Positions 1 to 10,097 are shown, numbered from the stretch's first letter. The stretch is 64,000 nucleotides of DNA from Acidimicrobiales bacterium (GCA_965209115.1 CBDBQD010000002.1:327890-391889); one strand, 5' to 3'. Program-made: numbers and translations. The notes: generated by a model from the sequence alone, not told the origin.

Positions 1-479
1 TCGACTGGCTGGCTCGCTGCCGCAGCGAGCTGCGCAACTCCCTGGCCCGCGGCCCTCGAGGGGCCGGGCCCGGCGGGCCGGCGACCCCCGCAGCCGCATT
101 CGGACCGCTGCCGCCTGTCGTGCCCGAGGCTGCCGTGGCGCTGGTGGACATACTGCTGTTCGAAGGAGTCATCGACGACGCCTGGGACGCGGCCGGCGAC
201 TACGGTTGCCGGGCGCAGACGTGGCTGACGCTCGCCCGGGCCCGCGAAGAGAGCCATCCGTTGGACGCCATCGCCGTTTACGAGTCGGCTTCGTTGGCGA
301 TCATCGACCGCAAGAAAGCCGACCAGTACCAGTCCGCGGTCGATCTGATGGTTCGCGTCCGCAGCCTGGCCGATTCGGCAGGCGAGCCGGGACGGTTCGA
401 GTCGCTGCTGGAGCGGGTGCGCACCGATCACAAGGCCAAGCGCAGGCTCAAGGCGCTGCTGGACGCCCAAGGCTGGTAG
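1..479 (+). CDS. hypothetical protein, C-terminal part (ORF open at window start)
   Basis: Frame 3 is open from the first bases to TAG 477-479. Third codon positions are strongly G/C, as in neighbouring genes. No motif recognised. Confidence 0.45.
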   Translation, partial: DWLARCRSELRNSLARGPRGAGPGGPATPAAAFGPLPPVVPEAAVALVDILLFEGVIDDAWDAAGDYGCRAQTWLTLARAREESHPLDAIAVYESASLAIIDRKKADQYQSAVDLMVRVRSLADSAGEPGRFESLLERVRTDHKAKRRLKALLDAQGW

Positions 480-494
480 TGGCCTCGCTGTTCG

Positions 495-584
495 CTCGTG
501 TCCTGAGTTGCGAGTTCATGGGGATATGACGTGTCCTCAACTGTTCGCTTTGGCGCGGAACCGCTGTTGAGAGCCTTGTCGACC
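495..584 (+). repeat. left inverted-repeat arm of the HNH unit
   Basis: Direct comparison with the reverse complement of 2112-2201. Confidence 0.75.
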
Positions 585-640
585 CCGCCGGCCGTCTTCC
601 CCGTCACCGGACGTCTTCCGCGAGCTAACGGCTCGGGACG

Positions 641-1966
641 CTAGAAGAGCGTCGCCGGCGCCCGGGGGCTGGGCGGGGCTCCGCGCCGGCGGGTTGCTCG
701 ACGGGAGGCGCGGTGGGGGTTGTGCGGTGGCGGGTGTGACGTGTCGGGGCTACCGGTGCCGACGGTCGGGGCCGGAGATGTCCGGTGCCGGGCGTGCGAT
801 GACAGGTGTGACGATGCGGGGCTCTCGGTGCCGGGGGTCGCTGTGTGGTGGGTTCGGTGGCGGTCGCCTGGCGGCGGGCGCGAGGGTGGCTCGGTGGTGT
901 GGGTGTCGCTTGGTGGTGTGAGGGTGAGTCGTCCGTCGGGGCGGCGGGTGATTTCTTCGCCGTGTCGGCGGACGCGTACTTGGTGGCAGCGCCAGCAGAG
1001 TAGGCAGGTGTTCTCGAGTGTGGTTTGGCCGCCGTGTTGCCAGTGGCGGATGTGGTGGACCTGGCAGATGTTGTGGTGGGCGCCGCAGCCGATGCAGGCG
1101 CCGTCGCGGGCGATGAGCTGCTTGCGAAGCCACGGGGGGACCTTGCGCTGGGAGCGTCCCAGCACGGCGTCGCCGGTGTGCTTGTTGAAGATGCCCGGCA
1201 GGATCTTGGCGTCACAGGCCACCGCCAGGGCTTCGGCCTCGGTGAGCCGGGTGCCGTCGGCCAGGCGGGCATTGGTGATCTCGTCGCGGACTTGGTCGTA
1301 GTCAGCGAGCACGATCAGCTCGACGCCTGCCGGCACGCCGTTGCCGTCGTTGTGGCAGTCGAGGTCAGCGAGGGCGTCGGCGAGGCGCTGCGGGTACGTG
1401 GGGCGGTTCCGGGAGTCCTCGCTGCGGAACAGCTCGTCGGACTTGGCCAGCAGGGCGTTGCGGACCTGATTGCCGACCAGCGGATCGAACTGGGCGAACA
1501 GGCGGAACATGCCGTCGGCCTCTTCGCTGATGGAGGCGCGCCGGCGGTGCCGCTGGCCCTCGCGGCGCCGTTCGAGTTCCTGCTCGCTGGTGCGCTCGTT
1601 CACGTGTTCGTTCAGGGTGCGGCGGAACAGGTCGTCGGGCTCGGACTCTGCGGCTTCGAGCAGGACACCGTGGTCCACCGGCGTCTCCCCGGCCGCATCC
1701 AGAATCAGGCTGGCGGCCTCAGGCGTTATCGCCCCCTCCGCCAGCTTCTCGGCGACACCCGGCGCCCACTCCAACTGCGCGGCGACCTTGACGGCCTTGC
1801 GGGCACCAGACCGGGGCCGCTTCTGCGTCCGCCGCAAAGTCTCCTCCGCCGCCGCTTCGCCCTCCCGGCGGGAGATCTCCGCGACCACGTCGGCCTCCAA
1901 AGCGGCCAGAGAGGCCCGCGCCCGGCCCATGAAGGCCAACCGCTCCTGCAACACCTCCAAGTCCAC
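641..1966 (-). CDS. HNH endonuclease, DUF222 (13E12-repeat) family
   Basis: HNH motif CIGCGAHHNICQVHHIRHWQHGGQTTLENTCLLCWRCH follows a DUF222-like helical region and precedes a Pro/Thr/His-rich tail. The track ORF runs to 2251, but that part lies in the inverted repeat. Plausible starts are GTG 1966, GTG 1954 and ATG 1930. Confidence 0.8.
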   Translation of the reverse strand: MDLEVLQERLAFMGRARASLAALEADVVAEISRREGEAAAEETLRRTQKRPRSGARKAVKVAAQLEWAPGVAEKLAEGAITPEAASLILDAAGETPVDHGVLLEAAESEPDDLFRRTLNEHVNERTSEQELERRREGQRHRRRASISEEADGMFRLFAQFDPLVGNQVRNALLAKSDELFRSEDSRNRPTYPQRLADALADLDCHNDGNGVPAGVELIVLADYDQVRDEITNARLADGTRLTEAEALAVACDAKILPGIFNKHTGDAVLGRSQRKVPPWLRKQLIARDGACIGCGAHHNICQVHHIRHWQHGGQTTLENTCLLCWRCHQVRVRRHGEEITRRPDGRLTLTPPSDTHTTEPPSRPPPGDRHRTHHTATPGTESPASSHLSSHARHRTSPAPTVGTGSPDTSHPPPHNPHRASRRATRRRGAPPSPRAPATLF

Positions 1967-2111
1967 CTTCCCCCGGAACCGCCGACAACTGACCTGGCCC
2001 GAATCAGTGGCGGGGCGACCCGGTCGCGCATTGCGTGACGGCGCCAGATGCCCCGCGACGTGCCGCTCGTCCAGTGTCCTGAGCCGTTCGTTCGTGGGAG
2101 ATGCCTGGTGA

Positions 2112-2201
2112 GGTCGACAAGTCCTCCAGCAGCGGTTCCGCGCCAAGGCGAACAGCCGAGGACACGCCGTGTACCCACGAACTTGCAACTCAGGACACGA
2201 G
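2112..2201 (-). repeat. right inverted-repeat arm of the HNH unit
   Basis: Direct comparison with 495-584. Confidence 0.75.
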
Positions 2202-2288
2202 GAGGGCTTGACCTGTAGTTGAAGACGGCTCGCGACACTCGAGATCTGCACATCGGGGCGGGCGCGGGGCGACCGGTAGGCTGGCCGC

Positions 2289-3683
2289 GTGACATCGCAC
2301 GATCTGATCGTGGTGGGCGGCGGCCCCGCCGGCTACGCCTCGGCGCTGTACGCGGCGAGCGCCGGGCTGGACGTGGGCCTCGTGGAGCGCTCCAAACTGG
2401 GCGGCACGTGCCTGCACGTCGGCTGCATCCCCGCCAAGGAACTGCTGGAGACCGCCGCGGTCTTCCAAGCGGTGGGCCACGCCGCCGAGTTCGGGGTCGG
2501 CACCTCGGCGCCCACGCTGGACATGGCGACCGCACAGGGCCGCAAGCAGGGCATCATCGACCGTCTCACGGGCGGTTTGGCCAAGCTGCTGGGCAGCCGC
2601 AAGGTGACCGTCTACGACGGCAGCGGCTCCCTGGGGGCGGGCCGCACGGTGACGGTGACCGGCGGCGACGGCAGCACCACGCTCACCGGCCGCCACGTCA
2701 TCCTGGCGACCGGCTCGGTGCCCCGGACGCTCCCCGGGTTCGCCGTCGACGGCGAGCGGGTGGTGACCTCCGACGAGCTGCTGTCCATCGAGGCCGTGCC
2801 GGCCGCCGCCACCGTCATCGGCGGCGGCGCCATCGGCTGCGAGTTCGCCTCGATGCTGTGCGACATGGGCAGCGAGGTGATGCTGCTGGAGGTCCTTCCG
2901 AGGCTGCTGGCCGGTGCCGATGACGAGGTGAGCAAGCAGGTCGAGCGATCCTTCAAGCGCCGGGGCATGAAGGTGCACACCGGCGTGAGCGTGGCCGGGG
3001 CGGAGCCCGACGGCGACTCGATGGTCGTGCGGTTCGGCGACGGCGACGAGGCGCGTGCCGACCTCGTGGTGCTGAGCGTGGGGCGCCGCCCCGTGACCGA
3101 GGGCCTGGGTCTGGAGGGCACCGGCGTGGAGATCGACGAGCGCGGCTTCGTGACCGTCGACGAGTACTGCCGCACCGGCGAGGACGGCGTCTACGCCGCC
3201 GGCGACGTCATCGCCACGCCGCAGCTGGCACACGTGGGCTTCGCCGAGGGCATCCTGGCGGTGCAGCACCTGCTGGGCGAGGATCCGGTGCCGATCTACT
3301 ACGCCGGTGTGCCCTGGTGCATCTACTGCCGTCCCGAGGTGGCCTTCGCCGGGCTCAGCGAGCAGCAGGCCGCCGACGCCGGGCTCGACGTGGCCGTCTC
3401 CAAGCACCGCTACGCCGCCAACGGCCGGGCGATGATCGTGGGCGACACCGACGGGTTCGTGAAGGTGGTGGCCGAGCGCGGCGCCGACGGCAACGCCGGG
3501 CGGCTGCTGGGCGTGCACCTCGTGGGGCCGTGGGCCACCGAGCAACTGGGACAGGGATACCTGGCGGTGAACTGGGAGGCGACGGTGGCCGACGTGGCGA
3601 GCCTCATCCAGCCGCACCCCACCCTCAGCGAACTGTTCGGCGAGACGGTGCTGTCGTTGACGGGCCGGTCGCTGCACGGCTAG
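2289..3683 (+). CDS. lpd: dihydrolipoyl dehydrogenase (E3)
   Basis: FAD motif VVGGGPAGY, redox disulfide GGTCLHVGCIPAK, C-terminal dimerisation HPTLSE. Confidence 0.95.
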   Translation: MTSHDLIVVGGGPAGYASALYAASAGLDVGLVERSKLGGTCLHVGCIPAKELLETAAVFQAVGHAAEFGVGTSAPTLDMATAQGRKQGIIDRLTGGLAKLLGSRKVTVYDGSGSLGAGRTVTVTGGDGSTTLTGRHVILATGSVPRTLPGFAVDGERVVTSDELLSIEAVPAAATVIGGGAIGCEFASMLCDMGSEVMLLEVLPRLLAGADDEVSKQVERSFKRRGMKVHTGVSVAGAEPDGDSMVVRFGDGDEARADLVVLSVGRRPVTEGLGLEGTGVEIDERGFVTVDEYCRTGEDGVYAAGDVIATPQLAHVGFAEGILAVQHLLGEDPVPIYYAGVPWCIYCRPEVAFAGLSEQQAADAGLDVAVSKHRYAANGRAMIVGDTDGFVKVVAERGADGNAGRLLGVHLVGPWATEQLGQGYLAVNWEATVADVASLIQPHPTLSELFGETVLSLTGRSLHG

Positions 3684-3738
3684 CGGGACCGCGGCGGACG
3701 GGAACGGCGACAGGACCGAGAGCACAAGGACGGGCGCA

Positions 3739-5079
3739 ATGGCCGACGTGGTTCTTCCGCAACTGGGCGAGACGGTGACCGAGGGCACCATCATTCGCTG
3801 GATCAAGCAGGTCGGCGACCAGGTGGATCGCGACGAGCCGCTCTTCGAGATCTCCACCGACAAGGTGGATTCCGAGGTGCCGTCGCCGGCGTCGGGAGTC
3901 CTGACGCAGGTCGTGGTGCCCGAGGGGGAGACGGTGGAGGTGGGCGCGCTGCTGGCGGTCATCTCCGACAGCGCGGAGGCGCCCGCGCCCGAGCCGCCGG
4001 CCAGTCCCGAACCAGAGCCGGAGCCGGCCCCTGAGCCGCCTGCGGCCGCGGCGCCCGCGCCCGAGCCGGTCCCCGCGCCCGAGCCGGATCCGCCCCCCGC
4101 GCCGCCCGAGCCCGAACCGTCGCCGGAGCCCGACGACGGGGAGCGGCCCCAGCCGCGGCTGCTGTCGCCGGTGGTGCGCAGGCTCGTCAACGAGCACGGC
4201 ATCGACGTGGCCGCCATCGAGGGCAGCGGCGTGGGCGGCCGCGTCACCCGGGCGGACGTGGAGCGCGTCATCCGCGAGCGCCGGAGCGCTCCGGGGGCGC
4301 CGACCCCGCAGCCGGCCGCCGCGGCCGCGCCGGCGCCGCCCGAGGACGGCGACACCGACCCCGGCGAGCCGCGGGTCGTCCCCCTCAGCAGCATCCGCAA
4401 GACGATCGGCCGGCACATGGTGGCCTCCAAGGCCACCTCGCCGCACGTGCTGACCGCTGTCGAGGTCGACTTCGAGGGCGTCGAAGAGGTCCGGCGCAAG
4501 GCCCGGGCGGCCTGGCGCTCCCAGGAGGGCTTCAGCCTCACCTACCTGCCGTTCATCGCCCGGGCGGCCTGCGACGCCATTGCCGATTTCCCCCACATCA
4601 ACGCCAGCATCGACGGCACCGACCTCGTCGTGCATCGCAGCGTGCACCTGGCGGTGGCCGTGGACCTCGACTTCCAGGGGCTGCTGGCCCCGGTCGTCCG
4701 GGACGCCGGGACCAAGCGCCTGCGGGCCATCGCCCGCGAGGTCGTGGACCTGGCGGCCCGAGCCCGCAGCAAGGATCTCTCGGCTGCGGAGGTCACCGGG
4801 GGAACCTTCACGATCACCAATCCCGGCCAGTACGGCACCCTCATGCAGTTCCCGATCATCAACCAGCCGCAGGTGGCGATCCTGTCCACCGACGGGATCA
4901 AGCGGCGGCCGGTCGTGGTGACCGGCGAGCGAGGCGACGAGGCGATCGCCATCCATTCGGTCGGCGTGCTGGCGCTGGCCTGGGACCACCGGGCCTTCGA
5001 CGGCGCCTATGTGGCCGCCTTCCTGGATCGCCTGCGCCACATCATCCAGACGCGGGACTGGGAAGCCGAGATCCTGTAG
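3739..5079 (+). CDS. sucB: 2-oxoacid dehydrogenase E2 (dihydrolipoamide acyltransferase)
   Basis: Lipoyl domain (EISTDKVDSEVPSP), Pro/Glu/Ala linkers, E3-binding domain (SPVVRRLVNEHGIDV), catalytic DHRAFDG motif. Confidence 0.93.
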   Translation: MADVVLPQLGETVTEGTIIRWIKQVGDQVDRDEPLFEISTDKVDSEVPSPASGVLTQVVVPEGETVEVGALLAVISDSAEAPAPEPPASPEPEPEPAPEPPAAAAPAPEPVPAPEPDPPPAPPEPEPSPEPDDGERPQPRLLSPVVRRLVNEHGIDVAAIEGSGVGGRVTRADVERVIRERRSAPGAPTPQPAAAAAPAPPEDGDTDPGEPRVVPLSSIRKTIGRHMVASKATSPHVLTAVEVDFEGVEEVRRKARAAWRSQEGFSLTYLPFIARAACDAIADFPHINASIDGTDLVVHRSVHLAVAVDLDFQGLLAPVVRDAGTKRLRAIAREVVDLAARARSKDLSAAEVTGGTFTITNPGQYGTLMQFPIINQPQVAILSTDGIKRRPVVVTGERGDEAIAIHSVGVLALAWDHRAFDGAYVAAFLDRLRHIIQTRDWEAEIL

Positions 5080-6896
5080 TGGCGCCGCAGGTGGCTGCCG
5101 CTCGTCCGGTGCCCGCACGGCGCACTGCCGGGGTCACCGCTCCCCGGCACCTGGCCGTTCGCTGGCTCGGCCGGGTCGGCTACGACGAGGCCTGGGCGTT
5201 GCAGCGGGGCCTGCACGCCCACAGCTCGCGCAACCACCTGCTCCTGCTCGAGCATCCCCATGTGGTCACGATGGGTCCGCGGGCCCCGGCGGCGCACGTG
5301 CTGATGGATCCCGCCGCCGCCGGGGCCGAGCTGTGCCGCACCGACCGGGGTGGTGACGTCACCTACCACGGTCCCGGACAACTCGTCGGGTACCCGATCC
5401 TGACCCTCGGCGGCCCCCGTGCCGGCGGGCTCGGGGCCGCCGCGGCCTACGTGGAGAGTCTGGAGGACCTGCTCATCGAGGTGCTGGAGGACTTGGGTCT
5501 GCCGGGTGCCGGCCGTCTCGACCGTCATCGGGGTGTGTGGCTGGACTTCGGCGGAGCCCGGCCCCGCAAGATCGCCGCCATCGGCGTGCGGGTGCGGCGC
5601 GGGCGCACCCTGCACGGGTTCGCCTTGAACGTGGATCCGGACCTCAGCTGGTTCGGCCGGATCGTGCCGTGCGGGATCCGCGAGCACCCGGTCACGTCAC
5701 TGGCGGCCGAGGGTGTGGCCGTCACGATGCCCGAGGTCGTCGACGCCGTCGCCGAGCGAGCCGCCCAGCGCTGGGGCGCAGCCGGCTGGGACCGGGCCGA
5801 CATCGCTGCAACCGGCCGGAGACAAGTACCGCAACCGGCGGACTCTGCGGTGATGGCCACCGCCGGCGCGGCTCCGGCGGCGGGGAGACCGCGCGGGGCA
5901 CGGCCGGTGCCCGTCACGTTCCCTGCCACCTCGGACGTGGAGCCTGCCGCCGCAGACGGTGGCGCGCAGCCCCAGCCAGTGCCGGCTCGGCTCGGCGGCG
6001 ACAACCCGGCGCCGGAGACTCCCGTCGCCGGCGGCCGCAAGCCGTCGTGGATGCGGGTGGTGGCTCGCACCGGGCCGGAGTTCCGCCGGATCAAGTCGGT
6101 CATGCGCGACCTCGACCTGGTGACCGTCTGCGAGGAGGCGGGCTGCCCGAACATCTACGAGTGCTGGGAGCAGGGCACGGCCACGTTCATGCTGGGCGGC
6201 GAGCGCTGCACCCGGTCCTGCGGCTTCTGCCTCATCGACACCCGCCGTCCCGAGCCCCTCGATCCCGCCGAGCCCGAGAGGGTCGCCGCCGCGGCCGCCC
6301 GCATGGGCCTCGAGCACGCCGTCGTCACCGCCGTGGCCCGCGACGACGTGGCTGACGGGGGCGCGGCCCACTTCGCGGCCTGCATCCGGGCGATCCGGGC
6401 GCTGTGCCCGTCGGTGACCGTCGAGGTGCTCATCCCCGACTGCAAGGGCGACCCCGCGGCGCTCTCGGTGGTCTTCGACGAGCGCCCCGACGTGCTGAAC
6501 CACAACATCGAGACGGTGGCCCGGCTGCAGCGTCTGGTGCGCCCCTCCGCCGGGTACGCCCGCAGCCTGGCGGTGCTGGCGAGGGCCAAGGACAGCGGGC
6601 TGGTGACCAAGTCCTCCATCATGGTGGGGCTGGGCGAGACCGCCGGCGAGGTGGCCGAAGCGCTGGGCGATCTGGCGGGCGTCGGTTGCGACATCGTCAC
6701 CATCGGGCAGTACCTGCGCCCCTCCAGCGCCCACCTGCCCGTGGAGCGATGGTGGCCCCCGGAGGACTTCGAGGCGCTGGGGAGGATCGGCACCGAGTTG
6801 GGCATCGGCCACGTCGAGTCCAGCCCGCTGACGCGCTCGAGCTACCACGCCGCAGGCGCGGCCCGCTCGGTCGGCGCGGCCGCCGGCGGTGCCTGA
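5079..6896 (+). CDS. lipB-lipA: fused octanoyltransferase LipB / lipoyl synthase LipA (single 605-aa ORF)
   Basis: N-terminal LipB motifs RGGDVTYHGPGQLVGYP, KIAAIGVRV, HGFALNV. A Pro/Ala linker of about 75 aa follows. C-terminal LipA motifs CEEAGCPNIYECW and radical-SAM CTRSCGFC. There is no in-frame stop between the halves. The GTG start overlaps the E2 stop. Confidence 0.85.
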   Translation: MAPQVAAARPVPARRTAGVTAPRHLAVRWLGRVGYDEAWALQRGLHAHSSRNHLLLLEHPHVVTMGPRAPAAHVLMDPAAAGAELCRTDRGGDVTYHGPGQLVGYPILTLGGPRAGGLGAAAAYVESLEDLLIEVLEDLGLPGAGRLDRHRGVWLDFGGARPRKIAAIGVRVRRGRTLHGFALNVDPDLSWFGRIVPCGIREHPVTSLAAEGVAVTMPEVVDAVAERAAQRWGAAGWDRADIAATGRRQVPQPADSAVMATAGAAPAAGRPRGARPVPVTFPATSDVEPAAADGGAQPQPVPARLGGDNPAPETPVAGGRKPSWMRVVARTGPEFRRIKSVMRDLDLVTVCEEAGCPNIYECWEQGTATFMLGGERCTRSCGFCLIDTRRPEPLDPAEPERVAAAAARMGLEHAVVTAVARDDVADGGAAHFAACIRAIRALCPSVTVEVLIPDCKGDPAALSVVFDERPDVLNHNIETVARLQRLVRPSAGYARSLAVLARAKDSGLVTKSSIMVGLGETAGEVAEALGDLAGVGCDIVTIGQYLRPSSAHLPVERWWPPEDFEALGRIGTELGIGHVESSPLTRSSYHAAGAARSVGAAAGGA

Positions 6897-6941
6897 GGCG
6901 CCGGCGGGAGCGGGTAGTCCCACACGGCTGCCGGCCCTGCC

Positions 6942-7793
6942 GTGAGCGAGGTCCACGCCGCAACCGTTCTGCTGCAGTGGGCTGCGGGAGGCCTGCTGTT
7001 CGGGTGGGTGACGACGCGCCGGCGCGAGGTCGGGCCGGGGTACGGATGGCTGCTGCGATCGGTGTATGCGGCCCTGGCCGCGCTCGCCGGCATCGTCGGT
7101 GCAGCCGCCGGGTTCCGCCCGGCACGCGACGTGGCCGCCCTGGTGGCAGCCGCCGTCGCCCTCGGCGTGCTCGTCGTGGCCTACCGGCGCCGCGCCGCGA
7201 CGCCGTCGGCGCAGGTCGCCGACGCCCAGCGCCGCCGCAACCGTGTGGCGGCGATGCTCGGCCGCCCGGCCGGCGAGCCCGCCGCAGCGGAGGGCCCGGG
7301 ATTCCCACCTGCGCTGGACCTCGCGGCCCCGCTGGCGGCATTCGCGGGCGTGATCGCCGGGGGTGTGGTGGCGGGCGGGCCGTTGGCGCTGTCGGTGGCC
7401 CGGGTGGTCGTCGGAGCGCTCTTCTTCGGGGCGGTCTCCGACGCCATGCTGCTCGGGCACTGGTACCTCGTGCAGCCGGGCCTGCGCCGCGCCCCCCTCG
7501 TCCAGCTCGTGCGCTGGAGCATGGTCATCTGGCTGGCCGAGACGGTGGTGCTGCTGTGGCCCACCGGCGTGGCCTCGATCCTCACGGGAACCGTGGACGA
7601 CGGTTTCGGCGGGTTGCTGGGCTGGTACTGGGTGATGTGCGCGGCGGGGAGCGCGGTGCTGCTGGGCGCCACCGAGGCGGCGCTGCGGGTCCGGCGCTAC
7701 GCCGCGGTGATGGCCGGCACCGGCCTGCTGTACCTGGCCATCATGACCGCTTTCGGGATGGACCTCATCGCGCGAGTGTCGCTGCGCCCGTGA
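6942..7793 (+). CDS. integral membrane protein, unknown function
   Basis: Multiple hydrophobic segments and good GC3 bias. Its position after lipA matches the actinobacterial arrangement of a membrane protein downstream of lipA. Confidence 0.7.
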   Translation: MSEVHAATVLLQWAAGGLLFGWVTTRRREVGPGYGWLLRSVYAALAALAGIVGAAAGFRPARDVAALVAAAVALGVLVVAYRRRAATPSAQVADAQRRRNRVAAMLGRPAGEPAAAEGPGFPPALDLAAPLAAFAGVIAGGVVAGGPLALSVARVVVGALFFGAVSDAMLLGHWYLVQPGLRRAPLVQLVRWSMVIWLAETVVLLWPTGVASILTGTVDDGFGGLLGWYWVMCAAGSAVLLGATEAALRVRRYAAVMAGTGLLYLAIMTAFGMDLIARVSLRP

Positions 7794-8721
7794 GTCGGAC
7801 CATGTCCCGGGCGAGGCGGCTGAGCGCGGCCACACGGGCGTCATCGGGGGCCGATTCCCGGCGCATCATGGCCAGCGGCCGGTGCGCCACGGCCTCGCCG
7901 AGAACGTCGACGAGTTCGGGGTCGTCGGCGCCCACCGCCTCGGGAAGCACCGTCCACGCCAGGCCCACCGCCGCCACCTGGCGAAGCACGTCAGGATTCT
8001 GGGAGGTGAGGGTCACGGCGGGTTCGATGCCTCGCTCCGCCAGGCCGGCTTCGATGAGCGCCCGGGTGCGCGATCCCTCCGGCGGCAGCGCCCACTCGAC
8101 CCCGGCGGCGGCCACCTCGGCCGTCGCCGGGGTCGAGTGGGCGTAGACGCGCAGCTCCTCGGTCCCCAGCACCTCGCCGGTCAGCCCCTCCGGCGGGGGG
8201 CCGACGGCGAAGATCAGGTCCAGGTCGTACCGCGCCAGCAGGTCGCAGAGAGCCGAGGTGGAGTCGACGACGAGTTGCAGCTCCACGCCCGGGTGCGTTT
8301 CGCGGAAGATCATCAGGGCGTCGGGGAGCAGGTACAGGGTGGCCGCGTCGGTGAGTCCGATGCGCAGCCTGCCGGCGTCGCCATCCTGCTGCGACCGGAT
8401 CCACGTCTCCAACTCGCCGGTGCGCCCGAGCACCTCGGCGGCGAAATCCGCCACCATCCGGCCGGCCTCGGTGAGGCGCCGGCGCCGCCCGTCCTGCTCG
8501 AACAGCACGACCCCCAGGCGCTGCTCCAGCTGCGAGAGACTCTGTGACAGTGCCGGCTGGCTGATCCCGAAGGTGCGGGCGGTCTCGGTGAAGGAGGACA
8601 GTTCCGCCACCTTCCGGAGGTAGGCGAGGGCGCGGGTGCTGACGTTCAGGGGCACCTGTTCATCTCCGGAGTGGTCCTTGGGATTCCCGCCGGGATGTCG
8701 CCGCCGCGTGGACGGGTCCAT
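7765..8721 (-). CDS. LysR family transcriptional regulator
   Basis: [42 protein letters not shown] plus a LysR substrate-binding-like remainder. GTG 8655 is an alternative start. Divergent from ino1. Confidence 0.88.
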   Translation of the reverse strand: MDPSTRRRHPGGNPKDHSGDEQVPLNVSTRALAYLRKVAELSSFTETARTFGISQPALSQSLSQLEQRLGVVLFEQDGRRRRLTEAGRMVADFAAEVLGRTGELETWIRSQQDGDAGRLRIGLTDAATLYLLPDALMIFRETHPGVELQLVVDSTSALCDLLARYDLDLIFAVGPPPEGLTGEVLGTEELRVYAHSTPATAEVAAAGVEWALPPEGSRTRALIEAGLAERGIEPAVTLTSQNPDVLRQVAAVGLAWTVLPEAVGADDPELVDVLGEAVAHRPLAMMRRESAPDDARVAALSRLARDMVRLTGAATLAR

Positions 8722-8914
8722 GGGAGAATCCTATAACGAATTGCCTATCGAATCAGTTGCACCGTTCCGGGAATCGAATATATTGTGGCCGGCAACGGGG
8801 ACCGGACACACCGGAATCGACACGTCGATCCGCTCCGGGCCGGGCCCGCTGCCGATTCGGAACCGAACCACCGGCGCCACCACGACGGTGGCGGGCGCCG
8901 CAAGGAGGGAAACC

Positions 8915-9985
8915 ATGGCACAGATCAACGTGGCTATCGCCGGTGTCGGCAACTGCGCCTCGTCGCTCGTGCAGGGTGTCGAGTACTACCGCAACGCCGG
9001 CGCGGACGACGAGATCCCCGGCCTGATGCACCCGGTGCTCGGCGGCTACTCCATCGGCGACGTTCGCTTCACTGCCGCCTTCGACGTCGACGCCACGAAG
9101 GTCGGCGAGGATCTCGCCAAGGCCATCGGCAACGGCCAGAACAACACCGTGGCGTTCTGCGACGTGCCGACCTCCGGCGTGACCGTGCAGCGCGGTCCCA
9201 CCCTCGACGGCATCGGACGCTACCTCGCCGACGTCGTCGTGGAGTCGCCCCAAGCGCCGGTCGACGTCGCCCAGGTGCTGCGCGACACCGACACGCACGT
9301 GCTCGTCTCGTACCTCCCGGTGGGATCCGAGCAGGCGGCCCGCTTCTATGCGGAGCAGGCCCTCGAGGCCGGCTGCGCGCTGGTCAACTGCATGCCGGTC
9401 TTCATCGCCGGCGACGAGTCCTGGGCCGAGCGATTCCGGCGGCGCGGCGTGCCCATCGTGGGAGACGACATCAAGTCGCAGGTGGGCGCCACCATCGTGC
9501 ACCGCAACCTGGTCCGCCTCTTCCAGGACCGCGGGGTGCAGGTGGATCGCACCTACCAGCTCAACTTCGGCGGCAACACCGACTTCCTGAACATGCTGGA
9601 GCGCGACCGGCTGGAGTCCAAGAAGATCTCCAAGACCCAGGCCGTCACCAGCCAGCTGGAGTCCGAGCTGGCGGGCTCCGACGTGCACGTCGGTCCCTCC
9701 GACCACGTGCCCTGGCTCGAGGACCGCAAGTGGTGCCACATCCGCATCGAGGGCACGACCTTCGGCGACGTGCCGCTGAACGTGGAGTTGAAGCTGGAGG
9801 TGTGGGACAGCCCCAACTCCGCCGGCGTGGTCATCGACGCCATCCGCTGCGCCCGCCTGGGCCTCGACCGGGGCATCGGCGGCCCGCTGTACGAGACGTC
9901 CGCCTACTTCATGAAGTCGCCGCCCCGCCAGATGCGCGACGAGGACGCCCGCAACGCCGTCGAAGCCTTCATCGCCGGCTGCTAA
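8915..9985 (+). CDS. ino1: myo-inositol-1-phosphate synthase
   Basis: [26 protein letters not shown]-terminus with AAGGAGG 7 nt upstream of ATG 8915. The track ORF start at 8636 is an upstream extension. Confidence 0.92.
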   Translation: MAQINVAIAGVGNCASSLVQGVEYYRNAGADDEIPGLMHPVLGGYSIGDVRFTAAFDVDATKVGEDLAKAIGNGQNNTVAFCDVPTSGVTVQRGPTLDGIGRYLADVVVESPQAPVDVAQVLRDTDTHVLVSYLPVGSEQAARFYAEQALEAGCALVNCMPVFIAGDESWAERFRRRGVPIVGDDIKSQVGATIVHRNLVRLFQDRGVQVDRTYQLNFGGNTDFLNMLERDRLESKKISKTQAVTSQLESELAGSDVHVGPSDHVPWLEDRKWCHIRIEGTTFGDVPLNVELKLEVWDSPNSAGVVIDAIRCARLGLDRGIGGPLYETSAYFMKSPPRQMRDEDARNAVEAFIAGC

Positions 9986-10097
9986 CCGCTGTCCGGTCGG
10001 CGCCGCCGGCCGGCGGCCCCGCCCTCGGTTGGGCGTGCGCGCCGCTAGCGTGAGTCGGCGGCTTCGTCCCGCATTCCGCTGACAGAGGAGGAGCACT

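Larger units (their letters stand above)
495..2201. mobile_element. REP13E12-like unit: DUF222/HNH gene bracketed by long imperfect inverted repeats
   Basis: 495-584 aligns almost base for base with the reverse complement of 2112-2201 (ctcgtgtcctgagttgc.agttc...ttggcgcggaaccgctg...cttgtcgacc). Weaker similarity continues inward to about 642 and 2073. The only internal gene is a DUF222/HNH protein. Confidence 0.6.

Noticed and set aside
2190-4541. 783-aa minus-strand ORF antisense to lpd and E2. Similar very long antisense ORFs occur at 5697..7844, 14610..16046, 16380..19829, 20743..22461, 44156..45847 and 46868..48535.
   Set aside because: They are Arg/Gly/Ala/Pro-rich with no motifs. Each lies exactly opposite a gene with clear family signatures. 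Stop-poor antisense frames are expected at about 70% GC.
5850-6040. Alternative reading of lipB and lipA as two separate genes, with lipA starting at an internal Met (VMATAG).
   Set aside because: There is no stop codon for lipB anywhere before the lipA stop, so the upstream ORF necessarily reads through. An additional internal start cannot be excluded, but separate genes are not what the sequence shows.
8722-8914. Possible LysR-type T-N11-A box (ATAacgaattgccTAT at 8733-8748) and a palindrome (atcgac ac gtcgat) between the LysR gene and ino1.
   Set aside because: The spacing does not fit the canonical T-N11-A, and several weak dyads compete. There is not enough support to call a site.
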